58,721 nucleotides of DNA. It comes from a candidate division FCPU426 bacterium. GTDB taxonomy: Bacteria; Oederibacteriota; PGYV01; Palsa-1178. Shown here piece by piece: positions 1-7,290 of the stretch; position 1 is the stretch's first letter; every line of letters begins with the position of its first letter. A program made the translations under genes and the position numbers. The notes beneath the pieces were generated by a model. It saw only the letters and a program-made list of their open reading frames with translations, ran no database searches and had not been told where the DNA came from. Location of the stretch: contig PLPI01000063.1 of assembly GCA_003159495.1 (NCBI GenBank), positions 1 to 58,721 of the forward strand, in the 5' to 3' direction.

Positions 1-930
1 ACAATAACTGACACAGTAACTGCGACGGTAACGCCTACAGCGACAGAAACAGTAACACAGACAATAACCGAGACATCGACACCTACATCAACAAATACAG
101 TAACCCAGACGGTAACGCCTACAGTAACTTCAACAGTGACGCAGACAATAACAGAAACATCAACGTCGACAGTAACTGATACGGTTACTGCAACTGTAAC
201 CCAGACAGCAACTGAAACGGCTACCCAGACGGTAAGCCAGACGGTAACGCCTACTGTTACAGCGACTGTAACACAGACAATAACAGAGACATCAACGCCG
301 ACAGCCACAAATACAATGACACAGACAGTGACGCCTACAGTAACTGAAACTGTAACACAAACGGCAACGCCGACTTCGACACAGACATATACAAACACGA
401 TAACAAGTACCTTTACCCCGACAAATACAGTTACGTTGACCGACACAATGACTGTAACTCCGACAGTTACACGGACAATTACATCCACAGTAACAAGTAC
501 GGTTACTTCCTCAATAACCCAGACAGCAACGCCGAGCGTGACCGCGACAGTGACATCAACGGTGACCACTACGGCGACTAAGACGGACACGACGACTATC
601 ACGACGACTGTTACCCAGACTTCGTCGCCGACAATAACGTTGACTGCTACTTCCACATACACACAGACATCAACGCCGACCGGCACGCGCACATATACGG
701 CGACTTTGACATTCACGTCGTCGCCTACTTTCACGGCAACGCGTACTTATACATCAACATATACCCAGACAGTGACCGAAACAAGCACATCGCCGAATAC
801 GGCCACATCCACAATGACATCCACATGCACGTATACGCCGACGTCAACACGTACATCAACTTCTACTATAACGAATACCTGGACCGTTTCGCCGACATAC
901 ACCGCGTCGCCGACTGTATCGCCGACGCCT
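1..930 (+). repeat. 6-nt periodic (ACN-NNN)n coding array with higher-order duplications
   Basis: Every second codon is Thr. The unit at 52-129 recurs at 268-345, offset 216 nt, about 85% identical by eye. A partial copy starts at 136. Confidence 0.9.
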
Positions 931-1824
931 ATATTTGAAATGATAATTGATGTGTATAACTCCGCCGGCGAGGTTGTAAAACATCTTATGGTAACAGGTT
1001 CGTATTCTGTGCCGGATAATTTTACAATAAACAATTCAACCTTCAGCCCGGATGATGGCGGCAAGGCCCAGATAATTGTTGATCAGACAACAACTTACTG
1101 GGATGGGACAAATGACCAGAATCTGGCCGTACAAAACGGAATTTATTATGTAAAAGTTGATGTCGTGGACAAATATGGAATAAACCATACGCTTGTTCAG
1201 GCTGTTACCGTATTGACCAACAGCATCAGCGCGGAATTCAGGATATACAACAGCGCCGGCGAAGTGGTAAAGAATATCCCTGTTACGCTTGCATCGACTG
1301 GTTCCAGCGTGCTTACTGCAGGCGCAAAAGTATTCGCACCGGGCAAATCAAGCAGCGGCGCTCTTAATACCGTTGAGTTCACCTATATGGGACAGGAAAT
1401 AAAGTGGGATGGAACGAATGATCCCGGACAAATTGTGGATAACGGTGTATATACCGCGGCTATAGTAACCACGGATAAGAATGCGTATACAACAGTGGCA
1501 ACTGCTGAAATCACGGTATTGCACGACGCATATGAATTATTGAATAATCTGAGGATAATACCGAATCCTGTAAACAATGCCAACAATACGGTTCTTCATA
1601 TAAAATATGATGCGGTAAGCGGCGCAAAAATAACGGCGAAGATATACAATATGGCCGGGGAACTTGTAAAAGTCCTGCAGGATAATACGAATGCTGGTGA
1701 AGTTGTCTGGGATCTGAGCGTTGACCGCAAAATAGCTGGCGGGTTGTATGTAGCCGTAATCTCGGCCGGAACTGACAGCGGCATGAGGAAGACAATTATT
1801 GGAAAGTTCGTGATATTGAGGTAA
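1..1824 (+). CDS. Surface/secreted protein, 5'-truncated by the window edge: a long Thr-X repeat region followed by three FlgD-Ig-like modules, the last resembling a T9SS type-A C-terminal sorting domain
   Basis: Frame +1 is open from base 1; the track ORF 136..1824 is only the part after the first Met. About 310 codons alternate ACN-NNN. Three modules of about 95 aa then follow, each with (I/V)YN(S/M)AGE(V/L)VK ... WDGTND ... NG(I/V)Y signatures. The last module (LRIIPNPVNN...GKFVILR) sits at the extreme C terminus. Confidence 0.75.
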   Translation, partial: TITDTVTATVTPTATETVTQTITETSTPTSTNTVTQTVTPTVTSTVTQTITETSTSTVTDTVTATVTQTATETATQTVSQTVTPTVTATVTQTITETSTPTATNTMTQTVTPTVTETVTQTATPTSTQTYTNTITSTFTPTNTVTLTDTMTVTPTVTRTITSTVTSTVTSSITQTATPSVTATVTSTVTTTATKTDTTTITTTVTQTSSPTITLTATSTYTQTSTPTGTRTYTATLTFTSSPTFTATRTYTSTYTQTVTETSTSPNTATSTMTSTCTYTPTSTRTSTSTITNTWTVSPTYTASPTVSPTPIFEMIIDVYNSAGEVVKHLMVTGSYSVPDNFTINNSTFSPDDGGKAQIIVDQTTTYWDGTNDQNLAVQNGIYYVKVDVVDKYGINHTLVQAVTVLTNSISAEFRIYNSAGEVVKNIPVTLASTGSSVLTAGAKVFAPGKSSSGALNTVEFTYMGQEIKWDGTNDPGQIVDNGVYTAAIVTTDKNAYTTVATAEITVLHDAYELLNNLRIIPNPVNNANNTVLHIKYDAVSGAKITAKIYNMAGELVKVLQDNTNAGEVVWDLSVDRKIAGGLYVAVISAGTDSGMRKTIIGKFVILR

Positions 1825-1858
1825 AAAGAATAAGCGGCTTTTTCAGGGAAAGCACAAA

Positions 1859-1885
1859 CCGGGGCACGGATAAACCGTGCCCCGG
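1859..1885 (+). terminator. Stem-loop after the repeat-protein gene (possible terminator)
   Basis: Perfect 11-bp stem CCGGGGCACGG / CCGTGCCCCGG with loop ATAAA. Only a weak T tract follows (ACAATTTTA). Confidence 0.45.
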
Positions 1886-1935
1886 ACAATTTTAAGAGAT
1901 CAGATAAATGGAAAAAGTTATTACAGGGAGGGGCT

Positions 1936-3387
1936 TTGAAGATTCTCAATGATAATTTTGAAAGGTATTTAAGCGACGAATCAAATATAAAAAGCAGGAA
2001 TATTGAATCTGTGTATATACCCGACAATGATATGGAAATTTCCGAACTGCTTGCAAAAGAAACCCCTATAACCGTATTTGCCGGGGGGACAGGAATTGCA
2101 GCCGGCGCCACGGCTGATGAAGGCTCGGTCATATCAATGGAAAAATTCCAGTTTCTGCATATAGAACCGGAACTTTGCGAGGTCTCTGTCGGGGCGGGAG
2201 TTAGCCTCAGGGACCTGAACAATGCTCTGGCGCAAAACGGCCTCTGGTATCCCGCTGATTCCACGGAGCAGTCCGCAACAATCGGCGGTAATGCGGCGAC
2301 ATGCGCATGGGGGACAAGAAGCTATAAATACGGCTCTATAAGGAACTATATAAACGCAGTTCATGTAATAATACCCGGCGCGGGAAATATAAGAATATCA
2401 AGGGGTGAAAATATAACCGCGGGTTATTTGTTCTCCGGGGATATAAATACGGGGGGAAAAACAATATCCCTTTCAGCCCGCAATCAAGCCGGGGTTAAAC
2501 TGGCGGATACTGTTGCGGGGTTTCCTAAAAAAAACAGCGCCGGATATTATATGAAAAAAGATATGGATATAATCGACCTGTTAATAGGGAGTGAAGGAAC
2601 GCTCGGCATAATTACCATGCTTGAACTTACCGTACCAAAAATTCCGTATGATATTACGGCTTTCATGGGATATTTCAACTGTACCGGAGAAGCCTTTGAT
2701 TTTATAGAAAAGGTAAAATCGGTAAAAGGGGAATTCATGCCGTGTTCAATAGAATTCATGGATTCTGAATCCCTTAAAATACTTAAAGAAGATTCTTTTA
2801 AAGTAAAAGAGGCGGATGCGGCCGTATTTCTTGAGATTGAAACCCCCGGGGTGGAAGATCCGGACGGAGTGGTTGAATTTGCCTCAGAACTCTTTAAAAC
2901 CTCCGGCATCGGGGGAGAAGATGTCATCGTATCTTCAACAAAGGATAAGAAAGATTACATTTATTCCATCAGGGAAGGGCTGCCGAATGGAATTAATAAA
3001 CGCGTAAGGGCGGCAGGCATGAAGAAATTATCCACTGATTTTTCTGTTAATAACGGCAGGGAAGGCGAGTTGCTTGAAATTTACAATGAAATGAGGGGCA
3101 GAGCCGGTATAAAGTCGGTTTTATTCGGGCATGCCGGGGACAACAACCTTCACCTGAACTTTATACCCGGCAGCGACGAAGAATATGCCAGGGCACGGGT
3201 AATATACGAAGAGGCCTGCCGTAAGGTCGGAACCATCGGCGGAACAATAGCCGCTGAACACGGGGTCGGTAAATTGAAGAAGGGGCTGCTGAAATATATG
3301 TACGGTCCGGAAATATTATCGGCAATGGGAGCCGTCAGGGAAAAATTTGATCCGGGATATTTGCTCAACAGAGGCAACGTTATCTGA
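1936..3387 (+). CDS. FAD-linked oxidase / GlcD-like (glycolate or D-lactate dehydrogenase family)
   Basis: FAD-binding motif region ...PITVFAGGTGIAAGATA... and C-terminal GGTIAAEHGVGKLKK typical of the GlcD/D-LDH family. TTG start preceded by GGGAGGGG. The FAD domain begins before the first internal ATG. Confidence 0.8.
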   Translation: MKILNDNFERYLSDESNIKSRNIESVYIPDNDMEISELLAKETPITVFAGGTGIAAGATADEGSVISMEKFQFLHIEPELCEVSVGAGVSLRDLNNALAQNGLWYPADSTEQSATIGGNAATCAWGTRSYKYGSIRNYINAVHVIIPGAGNIRISRGENITAGYLFSGDINTGGKTISLSARNQAGVKLADTVAGFPKKNSAGYYMKKDMDIIDLLIGSEGTLGIITMLELTVPKIPYDITAFMGYFNCTGEAFDFIEKVKSVKGEFMPCSIEFMDSESLKILKEDSFKVKEADAAVFLEIETPGVEDPDGVVEFASELFKTSGIGGEDVIVSSTKDKKDYIYSIREGLPNGINKRVRAAGMKKLSTDFSVNNGREGELLEIYNEMRGRAGIKSVLFGHAGDNNLHLNFIPGSDEEYARARVIYEEACRKVGTIGGTIAAEHGVGKLKKGLLKYMYGPEILSAMGAVREKFDPGYLLNRGNVI

Positions 3388-4493
3388 TGGAAAAAACAGC
3401 TGTTGATAATGCGGCAGGCCGTGCCGCCGCGCTTGATGTTTATGATTTTAAGGGCGGCATGCTTGTTAAAGCCGGCGCGGTTTTTAAGGCGGGCTCTGTT
3501 GAAAGGCTTAAAAAAGAGGAAATTCCTTTTGTTTATACAGCCGGCGGGGATATAAGCGTAAACGCCATTTATAACGCGTCGACAACCGCGGAAATGCTTA
3601 AAGTCCTGTGGAACTTTATGAAAACCGGCGGTGAAAAAGCGGATATCCTGAAATGTTACAGTATTGACCAGGTAAAACAGTTTATTTCATATTCCAGGGA
3701 ATCATCCGCAAAACTGGCTTACGGGCATGTACTTGGATTTTTTGCCGCAGTCATGCTTAAAGAGATAAAAAATTCAGTGGAAAAATATTACGATTTTTAT
3801 GATTACAGGAGCCGGGAATCGTACAACAATTATCATGCTGTTAATACCGCCTGCCTTTGCGGCATAATCGGCGCTAATATGGGGCTCAGCGACGGCGAGG
3901 TAATAGACCTTATTACCGGAGCCGCATTAATTGATATAAAAATGGGGCTCTATGAATTTGTCAATGAAAACAGGGGGCTCAATGCGCTGGAAAAAGAGGA
4001 AATGAGCGGGCATGCCATGGCGGGTTTTGAGGCAATAAGGGGTATTTACGGGATACCGTCCAGGGCGGCGGCAATTATCCTGCGGCATCATGAACGGTTT
4101 AACGGCGGCGGGTACCCGAAAGGTTTAAAAAACAGCGATATAACAATTCCTGCGAGGATTGCCGCGGTTGCCGATGTTTATGATTCTATGACGAGCCGCA
4201 GGCCTTTCAGGGCGCCTTTTTATCCCGACGAGGCATGGGAACATATCTCAAAAAATTCAGGGGTGCTTTTTGACCCTGACGTAGTATCGGAATTTAAAAG
4301 AACCGTTCCAAAATACAGCCCCGGGGACCGGGTCGTACTGGCCTCGGGTAAAAACGCGGTGGTAATATCAAACGCTTACGGATGTCCGGAAACTCCGGAG
4401 ATAGTAATTGAAAAAAACGGGCAAAGTGCTATAATCTCTTCCGGCGAAGAGGCGAAAAATTACGTCGTTAAAACAATTTTATCAATGCGTTAA
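3387..4493 (+). CDS. HD-GYP domain protein (putative c-di-GMP phosphodiesterase)
   Basis: HHERFNGGGYPKGL and DVYDSMTSRRPFR motifs. The start overlaps the upstream stop (TGATG). Confidence 0.85.
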   Translation: MEKTAVDNAAGRAAALDVYDFKGGMLVKAGAVFKAGSVERLKKEEIPFVYTAGGDISVNAIYNASTTAEMLKVLWNFMKTGGEKADILKCYSIDQVKQFISYSRESSAKLAYGHVLGFFAAVMLKEIKNSVEKYYDFYDYRSRESYNNYHAVNTACLCGIIGANMGLSDGEVIDLITGAALIDIKMGLYEFVNENRGLNALEKEEMSGHAMAGFEAIRGIYGIPSRAAAIILRHHERFNGGGYPKGLKNSDITIPARIAAVADVYDSMTSRRPFRAPFYPDEAWEHISKNSGVLFDPDVVSEFKRTVPKYSPGDRVVLASGKNAVVISNAYGCPETPEIVIEKNGQSAIISSGEEAKNYVVKTILSMR

Positions 4494-4505
4494 AGGAGCA
4501 ATTAT

Positions 4506-5300
4506 ATGGCAAGAATAATTTCCGTGGCGAATCAGAAGGGCGGTGTGGGCAAAACCACCACCACGGTTAATACCGCAAGCGCCATCGCGGCGCGCGGCAA
4601 GAGAGTTCTTATAGTGGATATCGACCCGCAGGGAAATTCCACGCTTGGGCTGGGGTTTGACAAGGAAAATGACGATGAAAACGTCTATAACCTTTTGATA
4701 TCAGACACACCCGCGGTAAATGTGATTAAAAAAACAGCCTTTGAAAATCTTGATATTATACCATCCAATATTGAACTCACCGGAGCGGAAGTGGAACTTG
4801 TAAATGAAGAGGAACGGGAAACAAGGCTGAAAAGAGGGCTGGAACCTGTCAGAAAAGATTATGATTATATTTTTATCGACTCTCCGCCTTCGCTCGGACT
4901 GCTTACATTAAATTCACTGGTTGCCTCTGATTCCGTCATGATTCCGATGCAGTGCGAGTTTTATGCCCTGGACGGGCTCGGGCAGCTGTTAAGCACCATA
5001 AGCATAGTTAAGGAATCGTTCAACCCGCGCCTGGTTATTGAAGGCGTTGTGATAACAATGTTTGACGGCCGTACAAGCCTTTCCATACAGGTGGTTGAGG
5101 AGATAAAAAAGAAATTTAAGGACAGGGTTTATGATACGGTAATCCCCAGGAATGTAAGGCTGTCGGAGGCGCCGAGTTTCGGGCAGCCGATAGACGTATA
5201 TGACAGGAATTCAAAAGGCGCGGCGGCATATGACAGGCTCGCGGCGGAAATTACCGGAATAAAAGAGGCGCACAAAAGCGCCGTACGAAAGGGGCAATAA
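4506..5300 (+). CDS. parA: Chromosome partitioning ATPase ParA/Soj
   Basis: Deviant Walker A NQKGGVGKTTT. ParA-like throughout and followed directly by parB. Confidence 0.9.
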   Translation: MARIISVANQKGGVGKTTTTVNTASAIAARGKRVLIVDIDPQGNSTLGLGFDKENDDENVYNLLISDTPAVNVIKKTAFENLDIIPSNIELTGAEVELVNEEERETRLKRGLEPVRKDYDYIFIDSPPSLGLLTLNSLVASDSVMIPMQCEFYALDGLGQLLSTISIVKESFNPRLVIEGVVITMFDGRTSLSIQVVEEIKKKFKDRVYDTVIPRNVRLSEAPSFGQPIDVYDRNSKGAAAYDRLAAEITGIKEAHKSAVRKGQ

Positions 5301-5301
5301 T

Positions 5302-6159
5302 ATGGCAAGACAGGCTCTTGGAAAAGGGCTGGAGGCCTTGATACCGGGATCAAGATTAAGGGCTTCAGCTTCAAACGCGCAGAAAGGCTCCCTTGAAATA
5401 GCCATAAACGACATTAGGGCAAACCCGAACCAGCCGAGAAAAAGGTTCGCGCCGGAGAAACTTGAAGAATTGATAAAATCCGTAAAAGCAAAAGGAGTTA
5501 TTGAACCGCTGATAGTAAAAGAAAACGGCGGCAAGTATGAGCTTATTGCGGGCGAGCGCAGGTTTATCGCGGCACAGCGCGCGGGATTGAAAACCGTTCC
5601 CGTAATAATTAAAAATGTTTCCAGCGCGGAGCAGTTGGAAATTGGGCTGATTGAGAATATTATGAGGCAGGACCTGAATCCGGTAGAAGAGGCCATGGCG
5701 TTTAAAAACCTGATGGAAAGTTATAAATGCACCCAGGAGGAACTCGCCGACCGCATCGGTAAAAACAGGGTGAATCTTGCGAATATTATAAGGGTTTTAA
5801 AGCTTCCCGCAGAGGTCCAGCAATACCTTATTAATGAGGAACTTTCGCTGGGTCATGCCAAGGTTTTGCTGGGCATTGAGGATAAATCAAAAATTAAAAT
5901 GATAGCGGACCAGGCTGTGAGAAAGTCGCTGTCAGTAAGGGAGCTTGAGGCCCTTATTGAAACCGGAGTTAAAAAAAAGGGAACGTCAAGGCAGGCTGCG
6001 GGCGCGTCCGCAGAGATGAAAAGCATCGAGAATAAAATGAAGATCCGTTTCGGCACCAAGGTAAGCGTCAAGGGCGGATATAAGAACGGCAGGATAGAGA
6101 TAGAATATTACAGTTCCGAGGATTTTGAGAGGATAATAGAAACGCTCGGCATAAAATAA
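5302..6159 (+). CDS. parB: Chromosome partitioning protein ParB/Spo0J
   Basis: ParB box LIAGERRFIAAQRAGL, an HTH region and a C-terminal dimerisation region. Starts 2 nt after the parA stop. Confidence 0.9.
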   Translation: MARQALGKGLEALIPGSRLRASASNAQKGSLEIAINDIRANPNQPRKRFAPEKLEELIKSVKAKGVIEPLIVKENGGKYELIAGERRFIAAQRAGLKTVPVIIKNVSSAEQLEIGLIENIMRQDLNPVEEAMAFKNLMESYKCTQEELADRIGKNRVNLANIIRVLKLPAEVQQYLINEELSLGHAKVLLGIEDKSKIKMIADQAVRKSLSVRELEALIETGVKKKGTSRQAAGASAEMKSIENKMKIRFGTKVSVKGGYKNGRIEIEYYSSEDFERIIETLGIK

Positions 6160-6178
6160 AATCCTTAAAAAAACAAAA

Positions 6179-6203
6179 GGCCGGCTTGACGCCGGCCTTT
6201 TTT
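6179..6203. terminator. Bidirectional rho-independent terminator between the convergent genes parB and 6217..6648
   Basis: GGCCGGC-TTGAC-GCCGGCC stem, flanked by an A-run upstream and TTTTTT downstream. Confidence 0.7.
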
Positions 6204-6216
6204 ATTGTAAAAAAAA

Positions 6217-6648
6217 TTACTTCGGTTTTTTAATGGGTGCGTTAGATGCTTTCTGGACCTCTGCGGAGAGCTGCTGAACCCACGCCTGGTATTCAGGGGT
6301 TATTTCCTTGAGCCTTTCCTTTGATTTTTCCAGCCATTGTGAATCCGGCGCGTAAAAAAGGTCCACAACGGTCTGGTATTCTACGTAAGCATTTTTCAGG
6401 GCATTATCGTCCATGAGCATTTCATATTCGATATCAGTGATCTCTTTTTTCTGTAGTTTTTCGTCATAATAGACTTTTTTTGCGGAGGGATTCCTGTAAA
6501 AATTAAGGTATTTTTCGCCTTCGTTATATTCCCTGTGGGCGCGCCTGACAACTTCAAAGGCTGCCATTATATATATAATAACGCCGACGGCAATAATAAT
6601 ACCTATTGTTATCAGGACATCTTTTTTGGAAAACTTCTTTTCTTCCAT
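6217..6648 (-). CDS. Hypothetical N-terminally membrane-anchored protein
   Basis: One predicted TM helix (VLITIGIIIAVGVIIYIMAAF) followed by a charged helical domain. AGGAGG-like RBS (GGAGGT on the - strand). I recognise no family. Confidence 0.6.
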   Translation of the reverse strand: MEEKKFSKKDVLITIGIIIAVGVIIYIMAAFEVVRRAHREYNEGEKYLNFYRNPSAKKVYYDEKLQKKEITDIEYEMLMDDNALKNAYVEYQTVVDLFYAPDSQWLEKSKERLKEITPEYQAWVQQLSAEVQKASNAPIKKPK

Positions 6649-6711
6649 GGATTTAAACCTCCGTTAAATGAAATTTGTAAAAATTATAAGCTTAAAATAT
6701 GCCTTTGTCAA

Positions 6712-6741
6712 TTGACATTTTTCGTGTTAATGCAGTAAAAT
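6712..6741 (+). promoter_or_regulatory. Candidate sigma70-type promoter for recX-alaS
   Basis: TTGACA (6712-6717), 18-nt spacer, TAAAAT (6736-6741), about 70 nt upstream of the recX ATG. Confidence 0.35.
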
Positions 6742-6810
6742 ATGATGCCGGCCATTCCGGGTGAATACGGCGGTCTCTGATTGTTAACTGTATATAATAA
6801 GGAGAGGAAA

Positions 6811-7290
6811 ATGAAAAAAAAAGAGGGAACTGCGGCGGAATACGGTATGAAATTGCTTGCCATAAGCTCGCGCACCGAGGCGCAGCTGGCGCGAAAAATG
6901 TCCGAAAAAGGATTTCCGGACGATGAAGTATCAAAGGCGGTTTCATATTTCAGCTCAAGGAACTTTATAAATGACGCTGAATATGCCGCCAAGGCCGTTG
7001 AAAAATATACAGGAACATCGTTCTTTTCAAAAGAAATGATCAGGGAAAAGCTGGCGGAAAAAGGCGTCGCGCCGGCGGTCATAGAGGGCGCCCTTGACGG
7101 GATATCAGACCGGGCCACGGGCGTGGCGGCACTTAAGGCGAAATTCGGGGCCGGGGAAAACAGCGGAAACGTCTTAAAACTAAGGCAAAAAGCGGCTATT
7201 TATTTGCAAACAAAAGGTTTTGATTATGATATAATTGAGGAAATTATTGAAAGTGAAATTAAAGGAGGAAATGAACTTGAACAGCAATGA
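6811..7290 (+). CDS. recX: Regulatory protein RecX
   Basis: RecX-like three-helix repeats (AEYGMKLLAISSRTEAQLARKMSEKGFPDDEV...). I chose the ATG at 6811, which follows AAGGAGAGG, over the track TTG at 6781. Confidence 0.8.
   Translation: MKKKEGTAAEYGMKLLAISSRTEAQLARKMSEKGFPDDEVSKAVSYFSSRNFINDAEYAAKAVEKYTGTSFFSKEMIREKLAEKGVAPAVIEGALDGISDRATGVAALKAKFGAGENSGNVLKLRQKAAIYLQTKGFDYDIIEEIIESEIKGGNELEQQ

Noticed and set aside
1-930. Highly repetitive DNA that could be mistaken for a CRISPR array or non-coding satellite.
   Set aside because: The periodicity is 6 nt with no repeat/spacer structure. The region is an uninterrupted ORF in frame with downstream domains.
747-1064. Minus-strand ORFs with (Val-X)n periodicity across the Thr-X array.
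   Set aside because: They are the mirror image of ACN-NNN codons (GTN on the complement). The + frame continues into recognisable folded domains, so the - strand ORFs are artefacts.
4506-6216. Expected a parS site (TGTTNCACGTGAAACA) or origin features near parAB. A lone DnaA-box-like TGTGGATAA occurs at 1434-1442.
   Set aside because: I found no parS-like palindrome by eye in or around parAB. The single DnaA-box 9-mer lies inside a coding region and is not clustered. There is no evidence for oriC in this window.
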